From an uncultured bacterium (lineage in GTDB: Bacteria; Patescibacteriota; Minisyncoccia; Phycocordibacterales; Phycocordibacteraceae), in the NCBI GenBank assembly GCA_903825105.1, contig CAIJZI010000006.1, positions 1,399-65,398 of the forward strand: a stretch of DNA of 64,000 nt. Reading direction: 5' to 3'. Below, piece by piece: positions 47,300-55,987 of the stretch (the stretch's first letter is position 1; each line of letters begins with the position of its first letter). A program made the position numbers and the translations under genes. Below the pieces are notes generated by a model. That model had not been told where the DNA came from. It made no database searches and was given only the letters and a program-made list of their open reading frames with translations.

Positions 47300-47608
47300 A
47301 TGACCAAAAATATAAAAGCAGGTGCGGAAGAAAGTGAACTTAATAAGGAAGTGCGAAAGTTCTTTCCAAAAGACTTGGATGTAGGGCTTGTTGAGTTTAG
47401 TGGCGCAGAAGATCGGCCGGTTCTACGAGCTGAATATGAGGCCAACATGTGCCCTTGCCCCACGTGCACGACAGACCCGATCTGTACTTGCGGGTCGTTG
47501 GGAGTAAATGGCCCGTGCAGCACATGCGTACCTGACTGCGTTTGCAGTGACGCAGATTATTATCACCCTTGTCCTTGCGACACGTGTGCCTCACAAGACA
47601 TCGTATGA
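47300..47608 (+). CDS. Cysteine-rich mini-protein (12 Cys, metallothionein-like)
   Basis: CPCPTC..CTC..CSTC..CVC..CPCDTC; stop overlaps next ATG (ATGA). Confidence 0.55.
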   Translation: MTKNIKAGAEESELNKEVRKFFPKDLDVGLVEFSGAEDRPVLRAEYEANMCPCPTCTTDPICTCGSLGVNGPCSTCVPDCVCSDADYYHPCPCDTCASQDIV

Positions 47609-49497
47609 AGCCGCTCACTCAAAGCGAATTCATTGCGTTGTTTCCTCACACACGCTTCCGTTACATACATGATGTAAAGAAGCTGGTCGTGCAGGGGAGC
47701 GATTCGCTCGATTCATCATGGAATGAAAAGGGGTACGGCGTTTTCTATACCGTCAACGGGTTTCCATCCACCGGTAAAGCTGACGAATCACGCCTGCTGT
47801 CTCTCAATGCAAATTATGTCGACTTCGATGTTGATGCGAGCTTGTCTCAAGAAGAGAAAGAAAAGCTTATCCAAGAGACGCTCATGTCTGGTCTCGAGTC
47901 CGGCGCTCCAACGCCAACGATTGTAAATCGCACCCAGAAAGGCGCGCACCTTATCTGGCTCTATCCGGAACCACTTGAGCCAACTTCTGAGAATGTTGCG
48001 AAGTGGCGTCAGGTGCAGAAGCGAATGGTGCAGTGCTTTAAGGGCGATCCGGCAGCAAAAGATCCTTCTCGAGTGCTCCGCGTTCCGTATACGCTCCACT
48101 TGAAGAATCCCGCGAATCCTTTCGAAATCAAGATTGCCTCATACAAGCCTGACGCACGCTTTACGCTGGAGGAGCTAGATGTGTCAGCTCCGCAGTATGC
48201 GGAACTCGAAGCTGACGAGAAAGTCCCAGCAAAGGACTTGCTGACGCAGGGAGTGGAAATCGGTAAGGGGCAGCGACACACGTCGATGGCACAAGTCGCT
48301 GGATTGTTGCTCAAGGACGCAACAACACTGGAGCATGTCCGGAATGCTCGGTTGGCTCTCTATGGATGGGACAGAACCGTGGTGAAGTCACCCGAGCCTT
48401 TCCAACAGCGTAAGTCGGAATTGGATAGCACGATAGACGGGATATGGAAGCTTGAACTTGAGCGCAGAACAAAAGACGAACCGCAAAAGGATTCCCCAAA
48501 GACATTTCGCTTGTGGAGCCTCGCCGAGATATTGGGTCATGACTTTGGTGAAGAGCAGTGGCTTGTAGAACCCCTGATCACCAAACAGGGAATAACGGCG
48601 CTCTCTGGTAATCCAGGTGACTACAAGACCTGGAATGCAATCCATATCGCACTCTGCGTAGCGCGAGGTGGTCTCGTATACGGAAAATTCCAAGCGACTC
48701 AGGGCAGTGTCCTCATTATTGACGAAGAAGATCATCTTCGTTTGATAAAAGGTCGCTTGGAACTACTTGGTGCGAACGACACCGATTCGATTAGCTACAT
48801 CTCGCAAGGTGGTTTCAAGGCAGACGATAAAGATGCGCTCGCAGCTGTTCTTGAAATCGTTAAAGAGAAGGACATCAAACTCGTTATCCTTGACTCGCTC
48901 GTGCGTATTCACCAGCAAGATGAGAACGACGCGATGGGCATGGCTAAGGTCTTCAGTAGCATCCAACAGCTGATTGGCGCGGGCGCATCCATTCTCTTCA
49001 CTCACCATCATCGCAAGCAACAGGGCTTGGGGAATCACAACCCCGGACAGAGCATGCGGGGCTCGTCTGACATCCTCGCGGCTGTAGATTCGCATCTCAC
49101 CATCGAGAAGAAACGTGACGACAAGGATAGTTTGGTTATTACGCAAACGAAGTCGCGGCAGGCTGAGGCGCTCACACCGTTTCAGATCCATCTGCTCAAA
49201 GGGCCGTCAGGTCCCTCGGGGTTTGAGTATGTAGGCGAATACGATGAGAAGAAACTCAAGGCTGCTGAAGTTGCAGCTTCAATCGTCTTCTTGCTTGCGG
49301 ATGGACAAAAGAGCCGTCCAGAAATACATGAGGCTCTCAATGAGGATTTTGGGAAATCGGCGATAGATAGCGGTCTCAAAATCGCAGAAGGAGAGGGGAC
49401 CGTTGTCCGTGTCCCCAAAGAAGAACTTTCTCCTGAGGAACGCCGCAAAACCCACTATCGTCTCCCAGGCGTGTCTTCGAGTCCGGCCGTCGAATAG
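47605..49497 (+). CDS. RepB-like/AEP primase fused to AAA_25 (RepA-type) helicase
   Basis: VDFD, GAHLIW, DPSRVLRVP; GNPGDYKT, LVILDSL, HHHRK, MRGSS. Confidence 0.85.
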   Translation: MKPLTQSEFIALFPHTRFRYIHDVKKLVVQGSDSLDSSWNEKGYGVFYTVNGFPSTGKADESRLLSLNANYVDFDVDASLSQEEKEKLIQETLMSGLESGAPTPTIVNRTQKGAHLIWLYPEPLEPTSENVAKWRQVQKRMVQCFKGDPAAKDPSRVLRVPYTLHLKNPANPFEIKIASYKPDARFTLEELDVSAPQYAELEADEKVPAKDLLTQGVEIGKGQRHTSMAQVAGLLLKDATTLEHVRNARLALYGWDRTVVKSPEPFQQRKSELDSTIDGIWKLELERRTKDEPQKDSPKTFRLWSLAEILGHDFGEEQWLVEPLITKQGITALSGNPGDYKTWNAIHIALCVARGGLVYGKFQATQGSVLIIDEEDHLRLIKGRLELLGANDTDSISYISQGGFKADDKDALAAVLEIVKEKDIKLVILDSLVRIHQQDENDAMGMAKVFSSIQQLIGAGASILFTHHHRKQQGLGNHNPGQSMRGSSDILAAVDSHLTIEKKRDDKDSLVITQTKSRQAEALTPFQIHLLKGPSGPSGFEYVGEYDEKKLKAAEVAASIVFLLADGQKSRPEIHEALNEDFGKSAIDSGLKIAEGEGTVVRVPKEELSPEERRKTHYRLPGVSSSPAVE

Positions 49498-49499
49498 CT

Positions 49500-49679
49500 A
49501 TGGCAGGTCGCTCGGCAAAGCAGGATATGGAAGTCCTCTACAAAGAGGCTGATGCTTTGTCGGAGCACGAGCATGACTTGGACGCCGCATTCGATTTGCT
49601 CTTTGAGAAAGTACTGAAGCGGCGGATGGAGTTGTCCACAACGCCTCTTCACAAAGAAATGACAACTGTGTATAATTAA
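49500..49679 (+). CDS. Small hypothetical protein (59 aa, below ORF-track cut-off)
   Basis: Starts 2 nt after primase stop; MAGRSAKQDMEVLYKE...LDAAFDLLFEKVLK...; amphipathic helix. Confidence 0.4.
   Translation: MAGRSAKQDMEVLYKEADALSEHEHDLDAAFDLLFEKVLKRRMELSTTPLHKEMTTVYN
49648..49676 (+). promoter_or_regulatory. Sigma70-type promoter upstream of xis-int-ychF
   Basis: TTCACA-17 nt-TATAAT. Confidence 0.6.
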
Positions 49680-49689
49680 GCATATCACT

Positions 49690-49884
49690 ATGGCCATCAA
49701 ATTTCTTACCAGAGAGGAAGTGGGAACTTATCTGCGAGTTAATCCTCGGACCGTTGATCGCTGGCTGAAGAAAGGTCTCTTGAAAGGCTACAAGCTCGGG
49801 AAGGGTTCGACTTCAATGTGGCGAATACCGGAGAGCGAGATAGAGAAATTCCTCAAGAAACACGCTAACAAGAAAACACAATGA
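49690..49884 (+). CDS. Excisionase-like HTH (HTH_17/MerR-type)
   Basis: FLTREEVGTYLRVNPRTVDRWLKKGLLKGYK...WRI; ATGA overlap with recombinase. Confidence 0.88.
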   Translation: MAIKFLTREEVGTYLRVNPRTVDRWLKKGLLKGYKLGKGSTSMWRIPESEIEKFLKKHANKKTQ

Positions 49885-51524
49885 ATGATTCCGCATCAAA
49901 ACCAATACGACTCATTTCGATATATGCTCGTGTCTCAACTGCACGGCAAGAGGAAGACGGCACTATTGAAACTCAATTAGCGGCAGTACGTGAATACGCC
50001 AAGAAGAACGAGTACACCGTGGTGAGAGAGTATGTCGACGAAGGATGGAGCGGAGACACACTCAAACGTCCAAATCTGGATGAGTTGCGGCAGGATGCAA
50101 AGGACAAGCTTTGGGACGGGGTTTTGTTTTATGATCCGGACCGGCTTGCGCGTCGATATTCATATCAGGAGCTCGTTATGGATGAGCTCAAAGAAGCTGG
50201 GGTCGAAGTCATGTTTGTTACAGTGCCTGCCCCTAAAAATAGCGAGGATAAAATACTCCACGGGGTGCGAGGGCTTTTTGCCGAATATGAGCGAACGAAA
50301 ATTGCTGAGCGATTTCGTCTGGGTAAGCTGCGTTCAATAAAGGAAGGTCACATCATTGCGAGCCGCCCTCTGTATGGGTACACCCGTGTTGTCAGAAATG
50401 GTAATGAGCAGGGTTACTACGTTATTAACGAAGAAGAAGCGGTCGTCGTGAGAAAAATCTTTGCCTGGATTGCCAACGGGGGACTAACCATTCGGCAAGT
50501 CGTTCGAGAACTGCAAGTACTCGGTATTAAGCCGCAGCGAAGTAAGCGTGGCGTCTGGAGCACAAGTACTCTAACGACCATGCTCCGTAACGAGGGCTAT
50601 ATTGGAAGAGCGCATTGGTATAGCTCTGTTGCTGTAGAACCTAAGAACCCGATTAGTAAAGAAAAGTATAGAAAGATAAAGAAAAGCAGCACAAAAAAGC
50701 GACCCAAAAGCGAGTGGATGTATGTCGCCGTCCCAGCAATCGTTGACGAGGAGTTGTTTAATCGGGCAGGCTCTAGACTCACCGAGCACGCTACGCTCAA
50801 CCCTAGAAGCAAGAAATATGAGTATTTGCTGGGAGGAAAGATTAAATGTCCGTGCGGACAGAAACGAATTGGAGCTGGGCGAAAGCTCGGTCAATATCTC
50901 TACTACGACTGTTGCGATAAGGTCTTGTGTTTTCCGCTCCCGAGAAAGTGTTACGAGCAGGCTATAAATGCACGAATCGCGGATAAGCTGGTCTGGGCAA
51001 AACTATCTGATCTTATGAGTTCGCCCGACCTGCTCACGAAGCAAGCGGGTCGGTGGGCAAAGGCGCGACAAGACAAAGCCAAAGTGTCAGTTGGTGATAG
51101 TGCCGGAATGGAGAAGCAAATCGCTAAATTGAAGGAGGAACAAGAGCGGTACACAAAAGCCTACGGTTCAGGTGTCTTCACTATGGAGCAGCTTAAGGAG
51201 TACACAACCCCTGTACGTGAGAAAATAACCTCCCTCGAAACACAAATCTCAAAGGTTCAGCAGGCGGTGCGACGAGTCGATCTCGAGGCTCCGCCAACTG
51301 AGAAGGAGATAGAAGCTTTTGCAAAAGAGGCTCACGAAGCTTTGCTCGACTTGAATTTCCAAGAGAAACGAGCAATAGTGCTTTATACCGTAGAAGAAAT
51401 CATTGGCACCCAGCAGCAGTTGCAGGTGTCCGGATACATCCCGGTAACAACTACTAATGGCTGGTACAAAACTAAAGATAGGAATCGTCGGACTGCCGAA
51501 TGTTGGGAAGTCGACATTATTTAA
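49881..51524 (+). CDS. Large serine recombinase (integrase)
   Basis: YARVST catalytic Ser, DEGWSG, RP, DRLAR, recombinase domain, CPCG..YYDC zinc ribbon, coiled coil; spans attR. Confidence 0.95.
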   Translation: MNDSASKPIRLISIYARVSTARQEEDGTIETQLAAVREYAKKNEYTVVREYVDEGWSGDTLKRPNLDELRQDAKDKLWDGVLFYDPDRLARRYSYQELVMDELKEAGVEVMFVTVPAPKNSEDKILHGVRGLFAEYERTKIAERFRLGKLRSIKEGHIIASRPLYGYTRVVRNGNEQGYYVINEEEAVVVRKIFAWIANGGLTIRQVVRELQVLGIKPQRSKRGVWSTSTLTTMLRNEGYIGRAHWYSSVAVEPKNPISKEKYRKIKKSSTKKRPKSEWMYVAVPAIVDEELFNRAGSRLTEHATLNPRSKKYEYLLGGKIKCPCGQKRIGAGRKLGQYLYYDCCDKVLCFPLPRKCYEQAINARIADKLVWAKLSDLMSSPDLLTKQAGRWAKARQDKAKVSVGDSAGMEKQIAKLKEEQERYTKAYGSGVFTMEQLKEYTTPVREKITSLETQISKVQQAVRRVDLEAPPTEKEIEAFAKEAHEALLDLNFQEKRAIVLYTVEEIIGTQQQLQVSGYIPVTTTNGWYKTKDRNRRTAECWEVDII

Positions 51525-52566
51525 TGCACTGACAAAAGCGTCGGTGCCGGCGGAGAATTATCCCTTTTGTACCATCGATCCTTCGGTCGGCGTGGTCGGC
51601 GTGCCTGACGAGAGACTCCAAAAACTTTCTGACCTTTCAAAGTCGGCGAAGACGATTCCTGCCGCGATAGAATTCGTCGACATCGCCGGGCTCGTGAAGG
51701 GCGCTGCAGATGGTGAAGGATTGGGGAATCAATTTCTCGCAAACATTCGCGAGACGGATGCGATTCTTCAAGTTGTGCGTTTTTTTGACGATACGAATAT
51801 TCTTCATGTCGACGGGACCGTCGAGCCGTATAAAGATATTGAAATAATTAATCTCGAACTCGCGCTCGCTGATATGGAGCAGGTGAAGAAACGACGGGAG
51901 AAGATTGTGCGCGATATTAAAGCGGGAGATAAAAACGCGATCGCGGAGGACGCCGCGCTCGCGAAGCTTGAACAAAATTTTCAACTCGGGAAGCTCGCGA
52001 TTCATGCCGGATTAACTGCGGATGAGAAAAAAATAATCGCGTCGCTGAACCTGCTCACGATGAAGCCGATTCTCTATGCTTTTAATAAAAAAAGTGGTGG
52101 GCACAATCTCGACGAGCTCGCTGACGGTCGCGCGGAGCGCGCGCATGAGCTCGTTAAATCGCTCGGCTTTAGATATGTGATGGTTGACGCAGCGACCGAG
52201 AGGGAATTAAACGATGTCGCGGACGATGATAAAATTGGATTCCGCCAAGAGTTTGGCGTGCCCGAAGATGGCCTCGTTGATCTGATCCGCGGAGCATACG
52301 ATACGCTCGGGCTGATTTCATTTTTTACCACCGGAGAGGACGAGACGCGCGCGTGGACGATTGTTCGAGGGAGCAGCGCTCCTGTCGCTGGTGCTGCGAT
52401 CCACACGGACTTCTTAGATAAATTTATTCGCGCTGAAGTCGTCTCGACTACTGACCTTCTCGCTGCTGGTAGCTGGGCCACCGCACGTGAAAACGCCAAA
52501 GTCCGCACCGAAGGAAAAGAATACATTGTTAAGGACGGAGATGTAATGGTCTTCTTGCACGGATAA
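51457..52566 (+). CDS. ychF: Redox-regulated ATPase YchF with element-derived N-terminus
   Basis: GIVGLPNVGKS, NYPFCTIDP, DIAGLV, TGS domain; first 10 codons lie inside the element. Confidence 0.96.
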   Translation: MAGTKLKIGIVGLPNVGKSTLFNALTKASVPAENYPFCTIDPSVGVVGVPDERLQKLSDLSKSAKTIPAAIEFVDIAGLVKGAADGEGLGNQFLANIRETDAILQVVRFFDDTNILHVDGTVEPYKDIEIINLELALADMEQVKKRREKIVRDIKAGDKNAIAEDAALAKLEQNFQLGKLAIHAGLTADEKKIIASLNLLTMKPILYAFNKKSGGHNLDELADGRAERAHELVKSLGFRYVMVDAATERELNDVADDDKIGFRQEFGVPEDGLVDLIRGAYDTLGLISFFTTGEDETRAWTIVRGSSAPVAGAAIHTDFLDKFIRAEVVSTTDLLAAGSWATARENAKVRTEGKEYIVKDGDVMVFLHG

Positions 52567-52612
52567 AGCAATTATGGTATTATAAAATCGGGATTTAGCG
52601 TGGAGGATTCAG

Positions 52613-52834
52613 ATGGAAAAGAGAAGAGTAAGTCTTGACCTCAGTGTTCCTGATTTTGATGAGGTTGAGAGGATGCAAAATGAAGAAGGCATTGCTTCAA
52701 AAGCAGAATTCTTTCGAAGTTCCGTGGCTGCAAAAAAGTATCTTTACAGGGTCAAAAGGCTTCTTGACGGGAAAGATGTTTTTATTAAAGACGAAAATGG
52801 GGAGCTTGTGCGCGTAGAAATTCTGTTCCCTTGA
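52613..52834 (+). CDS. Small ribbon-helix-helix-like protein
   Basis: RVSLDL beta strand, SKAEFFR helix; SD GGAGG; terminator after. Confidence 0.55.
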   Translation: MEKRRVSLDLSVPDFDEVERMQNEEGIASKAEFFRSSVAAKKYLYRVKRLLDGKDVFIKDENGELVRVEILFP

Positions 52835-52908
52835 ATTGCTCGGCGAGACACCTCAAAGCCGCCCCTCATCGGGCGGCTTTTGTTTTTATTGTGGTATAAT
52901 TCGCGGAT

Positions 52909-53448
52909 ATGGAAACAACACATCAACCGAAGTTTGTCCGTTGGGCACTTATGCTCGGCATCATCATTATTCTTAATGTTTTCTTCTCGGTCATTGTCTC
53001 GCTTGCTTATCCCGCACCTGATTACAATAAGTATTGTCCAAATATTCAGCCGTCAGTGACAGCTGCAGACTCTGCGGCCTGTGAGGCACAGGGTGGTGTT
53101 TGGAATGCCCAAGCTGTTGATCAGACTGGCGCGTCAAAGGCTTCACCTTCTGGTTACTGCGATATGTACGCAAAATGTCAGCCGCTCTATCAAGCCGCGA
53201 ATGATCAGCACGCGCTTTACGCATTCGTGATTACTGTTGGGCTTGGTATTCTCGCTCTTATTGTCGGCTTGTTTGTCCCGATCGGTTCGTCGATCGTTTC
53301 TTCAGGTCTTTCTTATGGCGGGGTGCTCGCCTTCGTCGTCGCCTCGACTGAATATTGGGGCACTGCCGGTAATTGGGTTCGCCTCTTTATCTCTACCGTC
53401 GGCCTCATCGCGCTGATTTATATCGGTTGGCGCCGATTTAAGGATTAA
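52909..53448 (+). CDS. Conserved membrane protein with Cys-containing external loop
   Basis: YPAPDYNKYC, CEAQGGVW, GYCD; four TM segments. Confidence 0.75.
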   Translation: METTHQPKFVRWALMLGIIIILNVFFSVIVSLAYPAPDYNKYCPNIQPSVTAADSAACEAQGGVWNAQAVDQTGASKASPSGYCDMYAKCQPLYQAANDQHALYAFVITVGLGILALIVGLFVPIGSSIVSSGLSYGGVLAFVVASTEYWGTAGNWVRLFISTVGLIALIYIGWRRFKD

Positions 53449-53516
53449 GATGTAAGGTACAAGGTTTAAGTATATGAAATTTCTTTTCACTTACACCTTA
53501 CTGCTTATAACTGCTC

Positions 53517-55943
53517 ATGGAATACGATCATAAAAAAATTGAAAAAGAGGCTCAAGAAAAGTGGAAGGAGCTCGGGCTCTATAAAGCGGATTTAACTGAT
53601 GAAAAAGATCCGTATTATCTGCTTGTTGAATTCCCGTATCCTTCGGGCGATCTCCATATCGGACATTGGTACGCCTTCGCGGTGACTGACATCTATGCGC
53701 GCATGCTTCGCGCTCGCGGGAAGAATGTGTTGTTCCCGATTGGCTTTGACGCCTTCGGCCTGCCCGCAGAAAACGCCGCGATGAAGCACGGCGCGAACCC
53801 ACGCGATTGGACCTATAAAAATATGGAGTCGATGCGCGCGCAGTTCGCCTCGATGGGGAGCTCTTTTGATTGGTCAAAAGAGGTGATCACCTGCGAGCCA
53901 GATTATTATCAATGGACACAGTGGCTCTTCTTAAAATTGTTTGAGAATAATCTCGCCGAACATCGCGAAGCGGCGGTGAAGTGGTGCCCTCATGATCAAA
54001 CAGTGCTCGCGAACGAGCAGGTTACCGACGGCTGCTGCGAGCGCTGTGGCACACCAGTTGAAGAAAAGAGACTCACCCAATGGTTTTTGAAGATTACCGA
54101 TTATGCGGAGCGATTACTCGAAGGCCTTGAGAGACTTCCGTGGCGCGAAGAAATAAAAACGGCGCAGAGAGCGTGGATAGGGAAATCGGAGGGGGCGAAA
54201 TTAAGGTTTGAGGTGCAAGGTGTAAGTGGTAAGGATAATCCCTTAAACCTTGAACCTGCCGCCTGTATTGAGGTGTTCACGACTCGACCAGACACGATCT
54301 TCGGCGCGACGTATGTAGTGCTCGCGCCAGAACACTCTCTCGTTTCATCACTACTGTCGAGTGTTTCAAATACAAAAGAAGTCCAAGAATATATAAATGT
54401 TACGAAGAAAAAGACTGAACGCGAACGCAGCGAGAATAAAGATAAGACCGGCGTGAAATTAGAAGGTGTTTCAGCTATCAACCCAGCGACAAAAAAAGAA
54501 ATCCCGATTTATGTCGCCGATTATGTGCTCGGCTCCTACGGCACTGGCGCGGTGATGGCGGTTCCGGCACACGACGAACGCGACTGGGACTTCGCGAAGA
54601 AATTTAATCTGCCGATTGTCGAAGTAATAAAAAATGAAGAAGCGACAAATTTGTACACAGGTGACGGTGTGCTTATTAACTCCGGAGAATTCGATGGTAG
54701 AGATAATCGCGACGCGATGAATGATATTGTCGCTTATGTTGGTGGCGAGAAGACGACGCAATACAGAATTCGTGATTGGCTCGTGAGTCGTCAGCGTTAC
54801 TGGGGCTGCCCGATACCGATTGTCTATGATCCTGCTGGTGAGCCGCACGCGATTCCTGCAGAACATTTGCCGTGGCTCTTGCCGACTGATGTCGACTTTA
54901 ATCCGACCGGTGAAGCGCCGCTCGCCTCGTCTAAAGAGTTGAAAGAGCGCGTGATAAAAATCTTCGGTGAAGGCTGGACGCCAGAATATGACACGCTCGA
55001 CACCTTCGTCGATTCTTCGTGGTACTTCCTTCGCTATCTCGATCCAAAAAGCGTTGAGCATTTTTCTGATGCAAATTTGATGAAAAAATGGATGCCGGTG
55101 CACCGCTATTCTGGAGGAAGCGAACATACGACGATGCATGTACTCTATGCACGATTCTTTATGAAGGCGCTTTATGATCTCGCGCTCGTCCCCGTCGACG
55201 AACCATTTAACGAGCGTTTTAATCGTGGTCTTATTATGGGTCCTGACGGAGCGAAGATGAGCAAGTCAAAAGGGAATGTAGTGAACCCAGACGAATTTGT
55301 TCTGAAGTACGGAGCTGACGCCGTGCGGCTCTATCTCGCTTTTATCGGCCCCTACAACGAACCAGGGAATTATCCTTGGAATCTCGAAGGCGTCGCCTCG
55401 ATGCGGAAGTTCTTGGAGCGCATCGTGCGGCTCTCAGAGAAACTTGGGTGTCCGACACCCAAGTCTGACTTGGGTGTCGGACACCCAAGTGGAATACCAC
55501 AGGCGCTGGCGCGCGCGAGCGCCAAAGTTTCTGGAGATGGCGATCGATTTAAGTTTAATACCGGAGTCGCGGCGCTGATGATCTTGATGAATGAATGTGA
55601 AGCCGTTGAAACTATCTCGATAGCAGACTTTTCTACACTGCTCATTCTACTCGCGCCATTCGCTCCGCATCTCGCAGAAAGCCTTTGGGAAAAAATCGGG
55701 CAGTCTGGATCGGTGCACGAACAGGCTTGGCCAGCATTTTCTCGAGATGCAGTGAGCGAGAGCGAGATCATCGTTCAGGTGATGGGGAAAAAACGCGGGA
55801 GCATTCTTCTTTCAGTAGAAGCGACAGAAGCCGAGGCAGTAGCAGAAGCTTTAAAACTCGAAACTGTTATAAGAGCGCTGGACGGCAAAGAGCCAAAACG
55901 GACCATTTTTGTTGCGGGTAAAATCATAAATTTTGTGGTATAA
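53517..55943 (+). CDS. leuS: Leucine--tRNA ligase
   Basis: FPYPSG.LHIGH, FTTRPDT, GTGAVMAVPAHD, DWLVSRQRYWG, KMSKS. Confidence 0.97.
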   Translation: MEYDHKKIEKEAQEKWKELGLYKADLTDEKDPYYLLVEFPYPSGDLHIGHWYAFAVTDIYARMLRARGKNVLFPIGFDAFGLPAENAAMKHGANPRDWTYKNMESMRAQFASMGSSFDWSKEVITCEPDYYQWTQWLFLKLFENNLAEHREAAVKWCPHDQTVLANEQVTDGCCERCGTPVEEKRLTQWFLKITDYAERLLEGLERLPWREEIKTAQRAWIGKSEGAKLRFEVQGVSGKDNPLNLEPAACIEVFTTRPDTIFGATYVVLAPEHSLVSSLLSSVSNTKEVQEYINVTKKKTERERSENKDKTGVKLEGVSAINPATKKEIPIYVADYVLGSYGTGAVMAVPAHDERDWDFAKKFNLPIVEVIKNEEATNLYTGDGVLINSGEFDGRDNRDAMNDIVAYVGGEKTTQYRIRDWLVSRQRYWGCPIPIVYDPAGEPHAIPAEHLPWLLPTDVDFNPTGEAPLASSKELKERVIKIFGEGWTPEYDTLDTFVDSSWYFLRYLDPKSVEHFSDANLMKKWMPVHRYSGGSEHTTMHVLYARFFMKALYDLALVPVDEPFNERFNRGLIMGPDGAKMSKSKGNVVNPDEFVLKYGADAVRLYLAFIGPYNEPGNYPWNLEGVASMRKFLERIVRLSEKLGCPTPKSDLGVGHPSGIPQALARASAKVSGDGDRFKFNTGVAALMILMNECEAVETISIADFSTLLILLAPFAPHLAESLWEKIGQSGSVHEQAWPAFSRDAVSESEIIVQVMGKKRGSILLSVEATEAEAVAEALKLETVIRALDGKEPKRTIFVAGKIINFVV
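55442..55490. repeat. Paired 23-bp palindromic element in frame in leuS
   Basis: ACTTGGGTGTCCGACACCCAAGT-ctg-ACTTGGGTGTCGGACACCCAAGT. Confidence 0.92.
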
Positions 55944-55987
55944 TCCACTCTATTGACTCATTATAAGATATTTGCTATAAATAACCT

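Larger units (their letters stand above)
36231..51488 (+). mobile_element. 15.26-kb integrative element inserted in ychF by a large serine recombinase
   Basis: attL GGCATA-GT-GTGAAC, attR GGAATC-GT-CGGACT; recombinase, Xis-like HTH, primase-helicase, RM-type cargo. Confidence 0.9.

Noticed and set aside
47300-47608. RiPP (ranthipeptide-type) biosynthetic cluster
   Set aside because: No radical SAM enzyme, peptidase or transporter in the element
49632-49640. DnaA-box-like TTGTCCACA after the primase gene
   Set aside because: Single mismatched copy; insufficient to call an origin
6162-55490. Palindromic 23-mers as CRISPR repeats
   Set aside because: They occur only as isolated pairs with 1-3 nt between units, with no spacers and no cas operon
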